NCBI GenBank assembly: GCA_963804165.1
Contig: CAWDPO010000046.1
Span: 32,001 to 96,000, forward strand
From: an uncultured delta proteobacterium
GTDB taxonomy: Bacteria > Desulfobacterota > Binatia > UBA9968
DNA length: 64,000 nt
Direction of reading: 5' to 3'
A program made the position numbers and the translations under genes. This document shows, piece by piece, positions 42,132 to 50,848 of this stretch (position 1 is its first letter; each line of letters begins with the position of its first letter). The notes under the pieces were generated by a model. The model was not told where the DNA came from. It searched no databases and was given only the letters and a program-made list of their open reading frames with translations.

Positions 42132-42905
42132 TTACTGCTTGCCTGCCTCCTCATTCAGATCGAACTCCGCGATAACCGGCGCATGATCACTCGTCCCCAC
42201 CTCGCGATAGGCGGCGCACCGGGCGGCTTTCACCGCCAAGGGTTGGCTCGCCAGGATGTAATCGATGCGCCAACCGATATTGCGCTCGCGCAACTTGCGC
42301 CAGGGCGCCCACCAGGTGAAAAGATTCTCATTGTCCGGGTCGAGCGCGCGGCCGACATCGACAAGTCCGCGCGCCAGGATGCGCTCGAAGATTTCTCTTT
42401 CCTCGGGGCGCTGTCCCACCACGTTGGGGTTGCGCTCTTTGGGATGCACGTCGCGTTCGCTGCGCGCGATATTGATGTCGCCGCACAAGACGACGCGCAT
42501 GCCGCCGGCGTGAGCTTCGCCGATGAACGCCTCCATCTGCTGCAAAAAGTCCATCTTCGCGGGAAAATCTTTGCCGCCGTTCGGCACATAGACTGAGGCG
42601 AAGAGAAGATCACCGACCTGCGCTGTCACGATACGAGTTTCGACGTCGAAGGTGGGATGGCGAAACAACGGCTCGTCGGCAAATGCGTCGCGCCGGATGT
42701 GGAGCCCCACACCCGAGTAGGCGCGCTCGCCGTGCCAGTAACAGCGATATCCCTGGAACTCGCAGAGCGCCGCCGGCACCTGGGCCACGGTCGATTTGAG
42801 CTCCTGCAGGCAGACCACGTCCGGCCGCTCGCGCTCGATCCATTCAAGAACCTGAGCCCCGCGCGCACGGATCCCGTTAACGTTCCAGGTGGCGATTTTC
42901 AGCAT
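42132..42905 (-). CDS. xth: Exodeoxyribonuclease III
   Basis: TWNVNGIR, LQELK, YSGVG, YVPNG, GDINIA, WRIDY, SDHAP. Confidence 0.95.
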   Translation of the reverse strand: MLKIATWNVNGIRARGAQVLEWIERERPDVVCLQELKSTVAQVPAALCEFQGYRCYWHGERAYSGVGLHIRRDAFADEPLFRHPTFDVETRIVTAQVGDLLFASVYVPNGGKDFPAKMDFLQQMEAFIGEAHAGGMRVVLCGDINIARSERDVHPKERNPNVVGQRPEEREIFERILARGLVDVGRALDPDNENLFTWWAPWRKLRERNIGWRIDYILASQPLAVKAARCAAYREVGTSDHAPVIAEFDLNEEAGKQ

Positions 42906-42980
42906 TTGGCAAAATTATAGAAAGAGACCAGGCGATGTTCAAACACGGGGGACGACTGAATGAAAGATTCGGATCGTTCA

Positions 42981-43088
42981 CCGCGGAGGTGCGGCGTGGT
43001 GCGCCGCCGTCGGTTTTGTCCGGCACGCGTGATTTACCCAGGTCTTGAACCGCCATCCATGTCGACACTCTTAATCAGGCGGCCAACT
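42981..43088 (-). repeat. Diverged copy of the Y1-transposase 3' end (direct repeat of 45188-45294)
   Basis: Encodes VGRLIKSVDMDGGSRPG* versus VSRLIKSIDKDGGSRPE*, plus about 55 nt of shared downstream sequence. Confidence 0.85.
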
Positions 43089-43250
43089 TTGTGTGCTAAC
43101 CTATCGGTCAACTGTAGCCGCCAAACCCTAAAGCCCAAGATGTTGTGCTTTGTGATAGGTTTTTGGAAAATCCATTTCACAAAATGAACGGAATGTTTCG
43201 CATCAATTGATAAAACCGACATGCCATAGAAAGTGGGAGACATACCAACC

Positions 43251-45107
43251 ATGAACTCAGCTGAAGGCGGCGGTGCGTTAGATGTGTCTATAGCAGCCGC
43301 GCAGTTTTTCGGCGCGAGCACGTGGATCACGCTGGGAGCAGCACTACTAGTGAGCACGGCCGCTTTCGTGGTCATGCGTCTCTACGTGCGAACGGTCTTC
43401 CGCGAGAGCCAGCGTAGCGCGTCACTTCCGCAAGCTGGCTCAGGTGTGGAGGACGGCGCTCGGCCGCCGCTACTATCGGCGCTCGGTCCTTTGGAAATCC
43501 AAACCGAGAAGCCTGGTGGGCCTGCCGGTCCACCGCCTGCGCGGTCGCCGACCTTCCAGCATGCCGAAACCGCTCTGCACCGTGCGGCGCGTTTCTATGC
43601 TCTCGGCGGCTCCATCCACGCTGCGACATCCGTGGGCTTGCTCTTCCTATTTGGGATCTATTCCCTCCCGTCCATATCATCCCGGTTGACGACGTTGGCG
43701 TGTTATGCGGCCGTGTTTTGGTCGTGGTCTTTCATCACGATGATCGCGCTCGCTCTGTTTTTGGGCCCGGACCGCCGCCTCCGTGGACTCCTTATCTTGG
43801 GGTACGTAGGCACGCTTCCAGCAATGGGCGTGCTACTGCAGCTCGCGGGCGCTCCAGCGCTTCCCCTGCCAGACGTCGGACTGATGCCGAAGGACCAGGC
43901 AGCTCTACTACTTTCGTTCGCCAGCGCGGTGACGGGGCAGCAGGTTACCGCTGAAGCAGTGACGTTCTCGCCACTCTCACAACCGATTCTATTCTGGAGC
44001 CTGAGCGCAGCCCCCGTGATAATTCCCTTTGTCGCCTTTAATCGATTTATTCGCGGGACTGTAGGACCGTTGTTTATCATCCTAGCGCTGATGATGGTTC
44101 TGTCGAGCTTTCTGATTATAGACCTGGTCCTCTACACATCTCCAGGCGTTTGGCTCGCGGGCCATATCAAGGGAATATTTGGTAGGTTTACCCATGGAGT
44201 TCTGATGGTCATCAGTCTCATGCTGTCGGCGGTCGTTGCTTGGTTCGGGCTGTTGTGGATCGCTCGCCGTTATCGCCGCATGCAGTTGAGCGATCAGACC
44301 TTCCTTTTGGATGCCCTGTGGCTCTCGGTCTCATTGTGCGTATCCGTCTATCTCCTAGGCAACAACGACCAATTCCGCTACTTGCTCGGATTACTGCCCT
44401 TTGCCCTTTACAAGATTACCGTCGGATATGGACTAAAGCGAATTGCGGCGCGTGCGGAACCCCTGCCGAAGGCGCGCCTGCTTTTTCTTCGCGTCTTCGG
44501 GTCACCGAGCCGATCCGAGAGGCTGTTCGACCTCCTCGCCGCGCGCTGGCGGTATGCGGGTAGTATTCAGCTTATCAGCGCTACGGACGTGGCCCGCGGT
44601 CGTTTTGAGCCCGACGAGTTCCTTGATTTTCTCAGCGGGCGGTTAGCCAGCGCCTACATCAGCACGGGCTCCGATCTCGACCGGCGTGTTGCAGGGCTCG
44701 ACGTTCGGCCCAACCCCGATGGGCGCTACCGTGTCAACGAATTCTTCTGCCGCGTCGATACGTGGCAGCAAACGGTGATAAGGCTGATGGCGCAGAGCGA
44801 TCTGGTGGCCATGGACCTGCGTGCTTTCACCTCCGAAAAGAAGGGTTGCATCTTCGAACTCGGCGCCCTGATCGATGAGGTGCCGCTGCACCGCGTAGTG
44901 CTGCTGATCGACCAAACCACCGACGAGCCGCTCTTGAGACGGACGCTCGCCGATCTGTGGCGAAGGATGAACCCTCAATCGCCCAACGCCTATGGCGGAA
45001 TCGCGCGCGTAAGGATGATCGATCTCGCCTGCGGCTATTCTGCCGCGGTACGTCGTCTCATGCAGCTTGGCGATGAGGTCATCGCATGCAACGGCATAGC
45101 GAACTAG
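43251..45107 (+). CDS. Multi-pass membrane protein with a C-terminal TIR-like Rossmann domain
   Basis: About ten hydrophobic segments, then LLFLRVF...DTWQQTVIRLMAQSDLVAMDL...GCIFEL...RVVLL. The gene call is solid; the domain call is inferred. Confidence 0.7.
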   Translation: MNSAEGGGALDVSIAAAQFFGASTWITLGAALLVSTAAFVVMRLYVRTVFRESQRSASLPQAGSGVEDGARPPLLSALGPLEIQTEKPGGPAGPPPARSPTFQHAETALHRAARFYALGGSIHAATSVGLLFLFGIYSLPSISSRLTTLACYAAVFWSWSFITMIALALFLGPDRRLRGLLILGYVGTLPAMGVLLQLAGAPALPLPDVGLMPKDQAALLLSFASAVTGQQVTAEAVTFSPLSQPILFWSLSAAPVIIPFVAFNRFIRGTVGPLFIILALMMVLSSFLIIDLVLYTSPGVWLAGHIKGIFGRFTHGVLMVISLMLSAVVAWFGLLWIARRYRRMQLSDQTFLLDALWLSVSLCVSVYLLGNNDQFRYLLGLLPFALYKITVGYGLKRIAARAEPLPKARLLFLRVFGSPSRSERLFDLLAARWRYAGSIQLISATDVARGRFEPDEFLDFLSGRLASAYISTGSDLDRRVAGLDVRPNPDGRYRVNEFFCRVDTWQQTVIRLMAQSDLVAMDLRAFTSEKKGCIFELGALIDEVPLHRVVLLIDQTTDEPLLRRTLADLWRRMNPQSPNAYGGIARVRMIDLACGYSAAVRRLMQLGDEVIACNGIAN

Positions 45108-45239
45108 GGTGATCCAGGCAGAAAGCCGTTTCAGAGCAGCGAACAGGGTCACCCATTAGCCGGCAGGTCAAGTAGGCACAGACCTTCCCGCGGAGGCGCG
45201 GCGTGGTGCGTCGCTGTCGCTTTTGTCGAAACGGGTGAT

Positions 45240-46112
45240 TTACTCAGGTCTTGAACCGCCGTCTTTGTCGATACTCTTGATCAGTCGGCTTACCGTCGAA
45301 TAGTGGAGCTTTAAATGGCGGGCGACTTCGATCTGACTGTAGCCGTGTTGGTCAACCGCATCTCGGATTGTTCGGTCCCGTGCCGTTTTCTTTTTCCCAC
45401 GCCCTTCAAATAGCTTCTCCAGACTGGGGCGATCGATAAGTCTTTGCCCCTTCGGTATCTCTCGGACATTCTGCTTGCTGGTTACATGGCCGCGGAGTGC
45501 ATCGGCGAATCCTTCCAACCCCAAAAGGCTCTGTGCCTCCAGATTTTCCCAGATGGTGGTGCCGTTGACTCCTTCCGTTACGTAGCTCCGGTATTTCTCC
45601 TGAGCCGGGCCTCGCCTCTGGCCAAAATGGCTGAGGATTTCTTCGACCGTTAGACAACGGGGAGACGCGGTTAGTCCGCCGGTCGCGCGGTAGCTGCTCC
45701 ACGCCCACTCTCTGGGATGCTTGACGGCTTTGGCCCTTACCGGATTGAGCACCACGTAGCGGCAGACTTCGAGAAAGTGGCTTTCTTTCTGAACCAAGAT
45801 CCCTTTAAACCGTCCCTGAAATAGATGCCCGACTCGATGGTGGCGTCGATTGAATGCTTGAGTGTAAACGCCATTCAGCTGGCGCATTCCCTTGGATAAG
45901 TTCCCATCCGGTGTCTCGATCACCAGATGGTAGTGATTGTTCATCAAACAGTAAGCGTGGCAGAGCCAGTGAAAGCGCTCAGTGACTCGGAAAAGGGTAG
46001 CGAGAAACAATTCGCGGTCGGTATCGTCCCTAAATATCGCTTTTCGCTCGTTACCTCGAGAAGTGACGTGGTACAGCGCTCCGTCGTATTCGATCCGTAG
46101 TGGGCGAGCCAT
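45240..46112 (-). CDS. HUH Y1 tyrosine transposase (RAYT/TIRYT type) with C-terminal HTH
   Basis: MARPLR, YHVTSRGN, HUH motif CLMNNHYHL, GHLFQGRF, RYVVLNPVRA (catalytic Tyr), WSSY; HTH YSQIEVARHLKLHYSTVSR. Confidence 0.95.
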   Translation of the reverse strand: MARPLRIEYDGALYHVTSRGNERKAIFRDDTDRELFLATLFRVTERFHWLCHAYCLMNNHYHLVIETPDGNLSKGMRQLNGVYTQAFNRRHHRVGHLFQGRFKGILVQKESHFLEVCRYVVLNPVRAKAVKHPREWAWSSYRATGGLTASPRCLTVEEILSHFGQRRGPAQEKYRSYVTEGVNGTTIWENLEAQSLLGLEGFADALRGHVTSKQNVREIPKGQRLIDRPSLEKLFEGRGKKKTARDRTIRDAVDQHGYSQIEVARHLKLHYSTVSRLIKSIDKDGGSRPE

Positions 46113-46120
46113 GGATGGGA

Positions 46121-46167
46121 AACATAGGAGGAACAAGCAAAATTGTCAAGAGTAAAGACCTGACCCC
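46121..46167 (-). promoter_or_regulatory. Terminal motif GGGGTCAGGTCT with adjoining sigma-70 promoter of the transposase (near-leaderless)
   Basis: Minus strand GGGGTCAGGTCTTTACTC-TTGACA-17 bp-TATGTT-8 nt-ATG; no Shine-Dalgarno. Confidence 0.75.
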
Positions 46168-46188
46168 TTTGACCCCTTTGATTTTTTT

Positions 46189-46257
46189 GTAGGGGCGGGC
46201 CATAGCTGCAGACTTTAGGCGATGACTTGCCAATTGTCAAGATTAAAGACCTGACCC
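46189..46257 (-). mobile_element. Truncated 5' end of a second related Y1 element
   Basis: Minus strand GGGTCAGGTCTTTAATC-TTGACA-17 bp-TAAAGT-8 nt-ATG GCC CGC CCC (MARP); similarity then stops. Confidence 0.8.
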
Positions 46258-46446
46258 TAAGACGTTTGACCCTAAGACGTTCTCTCTCTAAGACGTTTGC
46301 AATTGTGATTTCTCGTGGTTACACGTGCTACGAGAATCCCGAATCCTCGTGTCGTTTTGGTTGGTTTGGATTGTGATTTGACTCACTCTGGAGTTGCGGG
46401 CTATGCCTCGGGGATTGCACAGCCCCGAGGCATAGATGGGCATTGG

Positions 46447-47586
46447 TTAACGAAGATTCTGGAAACCGAGGATTTGACTCATGATGTTGTCCAAGATCGA
46501 ATAATTTCCGTCATCGTTGCGGCCATATCGATAGCGGCTGTTGTATCCATCCTCATAACCGCGTCGGAAACCCTCACGGAAGTAGTGGTTGTAATCGGTC
46601 CGGTTTACGTAATAGCCGTTATAACCGTAGTTTGCGTCCCGATAGGCATAAGAGTCTTTGTAGCCGCCACCGCGCCAACGGTCGTCGCGGTCTGCCTTGC
46701 CGGCGCGGAAGCCTTCTTCATATCCATATCTCACCGCCTGGCGTAGCGTCCTCGCACCATACTCATTGGTTTGGTAGTACTTGCCGCCACGGTTGTAACG
46801 ATAAATCGGCGCCGAGTAGAAATATGGGTCATTATCGTAGTCGAATCGATGGTCCCGTAAATAGATCTGCTGCTGCCGTAGGCGCGCGAGATACTCTTCT
46901 TGAAAGCGATACTGGGCCATGCGCTTTTGTTGCTGTAGCCGGGCTGCATGCTCTCGTGCGAGACGTTCCTCCTGTTCCAGATGTTGCCGGTATTGCGCTA
47001 CCAGTTGTTGCTGCTCTCTTATCCGCTGTTGTTGCTGCTGTTGGGACAGACGTTGTTGCTGTCTCTGTTGCTGAATCTGATCTTGCCTCTGTTGCTGCGC
47101 CCGTTCCTGCTGGATTTGCTGGGACTGGCGCTCAATCCGTTCTTGTTGCTGCTGTTGGCGCGCGCGTAGTTCCTTCTGGTACTGCTCCGATTTTCGCTGC
47201 GAGCGCTCGAGCTGCTGCTGGTCTTGCTTCTGCTTTTGCTCTTGCTGCTTCTGTTCCTGCTGAACGCGATGTTCCTGCTGCTTCTGCTCTTGCTCTGCTT
47301 TTCGTTGCGTGCGCTCGAGCTGCTGCTGGTCTTGCTTCTGCTTTTGCTCTTGCTGCTTCTGTTCCTGCTGAACGCGATGTTCCTGCTGCTTCTGCTCTTG
47401 CTCTGCTTTTCGCTGCGTGCGCTCGAGCTGCTGCTGATCTTTTCGCTGTTGCTGCTTCTCATCCTTTGCGCGCTTTTGTTCTTCCTGCACGCCTTGTTGC
47501 CCTTCGGCCGCTAAGACGAGCCCCGGCAACGCCAGGGTGCCGACTACAAGCGCAATCACTATCCGATCTACGATATCACTTTTCAT
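46447..47586 (-). CDS. Secreted Gln-rich protein with Tyr/Gly/Arg-rich C-terminal domain
   Basis: RBS AGGAGGAG; signal peptide; poly-Q/E/K coil; C-terminal GYEEGFRAG...FREGFRRGYEDGY. Confidence 0.88.
   Translation of the reverse strand: MKSDIVDRIVIALVVGTLALPGLVLAAEGQQGVQEEQKRAKDEKQQQRKDQQQLERTQRKAEQEQKQQEHRVQQEQKQQEQKQKQDQQQLERTQRKAEQEQKQQEHRVQQEQKQQEQKQKQDQQQLERSQRKSEQYQKELRARQQQQQERIERQSQQIQQERAQQQRQDQIQQQRQQQRLSQQQQQQRIREQQQLVAQYRQHLEQEERLAREHAARLQQQKRMAQYRFQEEYLARLRQQQIYLRDHRFDYDNDPYFYSAPIYRYNRGGKYYQTNEYGARTLRQAVRYGYEEGFRAGKADRDDRWRGGGYKDSYAYRDANYGYNGYYVNRTDYNHYFREGFRRGYEDGYNSRYRYGRNDDGNYSILDNIMSQILGFQNLR
47203..47436. repeat. 108-bp intragenic tandem repeat (about 2.2 copies)
   Basis: Near-identical units encoding QQQLERTQRKAEQEQKQQEHRVQQEQKQQEQKQKQD. 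Confidence 0.85.
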
Positions 47587-48336
47587 GGTTCTCCTCCTGA
47601 ACATTCGGGCACATCCATTGAGATCAAGCGTAATCGTGAACACTTTCACGAGGCGCTAACCTCGGTGCCGTATTTTGTTTCGCTACATCTTCTTAGACGG
47701 GTTAGCGTCGATTATCTTGCAATCTGGGCAAAGAATGACGGCCGACTAAACTCTCATGAGGCATTGCCGCCTCAACGAATCAGAGTTCGGCGAAAGTTCC
47801 GATTGATGTTCCGCTTTTGGGAAACAGAGCGACTTCAACCCATTGAAACAACTCGATTACCGGCGCTTGCTGGCTCGGTGCGATATTGTAACGCGCTTCG
47901 CCAAAAAGCGAGTTGACATAACCCAATCGAACGAATAGTGGTCCCACCCGCCAAACTCAGCAGAGTTGTGGACCGCTGCCGGTGCTACAGACATTTCGGG
48001 CAAAGAGCCGTTCTCCCGGCGTGGCGGGTTGCGGAAAGGAACGGGTGATTGTCCCAGGGCCGGGGCGTCGGAACTGCTTGATGGCGGTTCGACGCACCGG
48101 CTTCCGATTCTTCAGTGCCATCGCGCATTTTTGTTTCTGGCAAAGCACTCGCAGAGTGGTGAGATTTTTCACGTTCCCAGGCATCTTTACTGGAATGCAA
48201 GACAGATGTCTTGCCGAACCATATCGGCGAAGGCCGCGTACCAAGGCGAGGGCACGAATTCCGTAAACCTGCTTCTGGGATGACCGTTTTAAACCCTAAT
48301 TGCCTACTGAGTGCGTTCCGAGCTATTGATGGGGTC

Positions 48337-49067
48337 ATGCCCCAGGTTGGTTTCGATTACTTACGACAATTCGAGGTGAGCGATTCTTCGCTTGTGCTTC
48401 GGCGCTATATGAGCCACTGCAAATTCAGCCAAACTGTCAAGTCGGGCACTCTCTACTTTGCAGCTGCATCTTCTTTTTCGGACGAGCTAGAAGGCCATCA
48501 TACCAACCTTGACAATGATCTATCTGATGCCCAATTGGCGCGATGGGGGCTCGACCTCAAAGCGCGGACAGTCGCATCGGAAAGCAGGGCCATCGTTGCA
48601 AAACATAACCAACAAGCAGTTGTAATTAGTTGCTGGACCGGTGGAATCACGAGAGTCTCCGGATGTGGTCGGAGTATGCACAAGGCGCGGAAGCTGTTGC
48701 GATCGAGACAACCGTCGGCGACTTGAGGCGCGCTCTAGGACCCGATTTTCTGATCGTTTGTGTTCGCTATCTTGATTTTTTGAAGCAATCGGTACCAAAG
48801 GAACATTCGCTTTTACCGTTCTTTTTCAAGCGCCGTTGTTATGAATGGGAACAGGAAGTCCGTGTTATTGGCGAAATGGAGGTGGGGAAGCGTGTTGGAA
48901 GCCCACGCCTGGTGCCTATAGATCTACACGCCACGCTAGGGAGAATTGTAATTTCTCCATTTGCATCAGCCGATTACTCCCAGACCGTTGGGTCACTGCT
49001 TAATGCACGATCAGTCTCGTTGCCAGTGCACGATTCTACGCTTCGGAGAGATTTACCTGTAAAATAG
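48337..49067 (+). CDS. DUF2971-like protein (frameshift near 48640)
   Basis: LRRYMS..KF...LYF...FSDELEG, then ISCW/HESLRMWSEYA...VAIET, FFKRRCYEWEQEVR, IVISP across two ORFs. Confidence 0.7.
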
Positions 49068-49264
49068 CGCTCACGAGGTTTTACGATATAAGTCGAAGCG
49101 AGAGCGAATCCAACTTCCAGTCGTGGCTACCGAATCAACCGCGTAGTAGGAATGTGCTGCGAAGAGGATCCACAATCCTCATGTCGGCTGGGTTCTATCC
49201 TCCTGTTCACAGGCACCCTTTCTACCGCCACGCCATGTTAGGGGACCAGAGAGCAGGGCCGTAA

Positions 49265-50158
49265 TCAGTGCTTCACCTTCACCGCCAGAGCGGCGATCCC
49301 GTCCAACTCTGCTAAGGTTTGCGGTGACAGTGTCAACTGACCGGCGGCCATGTTCTCGCGGAGGTGGGCGACCGATGACGTCCCGGGGATCAACAGGATG
49401 TTGGACGACCGGTGCAGCAGCCACGCCAGCGCGACCTGCATCGGCGTGGCCCCGAGTCGGCCCGCAGCGTCCGACAGAGTCGACGACTGCAGCGGCGTAA
49501 ACCCACCGAGCGGGAAGAAGGGCACGTATGCGATGCCCTGCCGGACCAAGTGGTCGATCAGGGCGTCGTCCTGGCGATAGACCACGTTGTAGTTGTTCTG
49601 CACGCACACAATGTCGGTGATCGCCTGCGCCTCTGCTACCTGGGCGGCCGTGACGTTGCTCAGACCGATATGACGGATCAGCCCCTTGCGTCGGAGGTCA
49701 GCCAGCACCGTCACCTGCTCGGCGATGGACCCCTCCTCGAGGCCGTGGCCCGAACCCATCACGCGGTAGTTGACGATGTCGAGCGCGTCCAGGCCCAGGT
49801 TACGGAGGTTGTCATGGACACCGGCGGTCAGGTCTTCGGGCGAGATGGCCAGCTGCCACGACTTGTCGGGCGGCCGGCGGGCTCCGAGCTTGGTGACGAT
49901 CACCAACTCTGTCGGGTAGGGATGCAGAGCCTGCCGAATTATCTGGTTAGTGACGTGCGGGCCATAGAAGTCAGACGTGTCGATATGGTTCACGCCAGCC
50001 GCGACAGCCTCGCGGAGGACCGCGACGGCACCGTCCGGGTCGTTGGGCGGTCCCCACACGCCGGGGCCGGCCAACTGCATCGCGCCGTACCCTATCCGTT
50101 GGACCGTCAATGACGTGCCGGGAAACGTGAACTGGCCGCCGAGCTTGGATTCGCTCAT
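49265..50158 (-). CDS. Aldo/keto reductase
   Basis: IGYGAMQL, IDTSDFYG, IVTKLG, HIGLSNV, VQNNYN, IPGTSS..HLREN; RBS AAGGAG. Confidence 0.93.
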   Translation of the reverse strand: MSESKLGGQFTFPGTSLTVQRIGYGAMQLAGPGVWGPPNDPDGAVAVLREAVAAGVNHIDTSDFYGPHVTNQIIRQALHPYPTELVIVTKLGARRPPDKSWQLAISPEDLTAGVHDNLRNLGLDALDIVNYRVMGSGHGLEEGSIAEQVTVLADLRRKGLIRHIGLSNVTAAQVAEAQAITDIVCVQNNYNVVYRQDDALIDHLVRQGIAYVPFFPLGGFTPLQSSTLSDAAGRLGATPMQVALAWLLHRSSNILLIPGTSSVAHLRENMAAGQLTLSPQTLAELDGIAALAVKVKH

Positions 50159-50367
50159 TGTGTTGCTCCTTTCCAGTGCTGACAGGAGCAAGCAAACGCG
50201 ATACGTTACAGAAGTCAAATACTGCAACTAATAATGTGAAACCAAAGCTGGCTGGAACTCTTCGGTAAGCTGATTTGTTGTATTGCGTCGCAGTACTCGG
50301 CATGAGAATCTGCAATCCTCATGTCCTTTGTTCATTCGAAGCGGGCGAGCGAGCGTGATACTCGGAG

Positions 50368-50610
50368 TTAACCCTTCTCGTCTTTCAGTACTTCGCGGAT
50401 ATAGTCACGGCTTTTCCATTCAGGTTCGGGAGGTGTGTAATCGCGCCGCGGGGAATAGACAGACTCGTCGATGAACTCCATCTTTGGAATATAGCGTGGG
50501 CAGTTATAGAAGATGTACTCGGCGGTCACACGCATGAGCCGTTTTGCACCAGGCAGTTCGGCGATCGCCTCTCGGCTCTCGTCGAGGTACGCTTTGCCCG
50601 TGATCCGTCT
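50368..50610 (-). pseudogene. 3' fragment of a pyridoxamine 5'-phosphate oxidase-like (split-barrel flavoprotein) gene
   Basis: RITGKA...IFYNCPRYIPKM...PEPEWK is a C-terminal pattern of this family; the N-terminal half is absent. Confidence 0.65.
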
Positions 50611-50848
50611 TAAGGCAGTGGGACTTGATAGATCTAACACTGCCTGTCCTCGACCAGATAAGTATTTCTTATATCTCTGGACTTTGTTTCGTTCAGGTTA
50701 ACTCTGGCGCGGTGGCTGGAGATGCGTCGACGTGAAACCAAAAAAAGTAGACAGGTTTACAGATGGGATTGAGGCTTGCGGTTCGAAGGCGGTTGATCAA
50801 TACATCCCTGTTGTGGTCCAATCTGAGCTCTTCAGCCGGTTTGGAAAT

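Noticed and set aside
41553-42186. ORFs 41553-41855 and 41884-42186
   Set aside because: They overlap repeat elements and have no protein-like features.
46141-46300. Repeated AATTGTCAAGA.TAAAGACCTGACCC as a mini CRISPR array
   Set aside because: Only two copies, the intervening DNA is a promoter plus transposase start, and no cas genes are present.
47203-47436. 108-bp repeats as a CRISPR or non-coding array
   Set aside because: They are in-frame coding repeats with no spacers.
47653-47710. CGCTAACC...GGTTAGCG hairpin as an attC site
   Set aside because: The ends deviate from RYYYAAC/GTTRRRY, the inner arms pair poorly, and no integrase is present.
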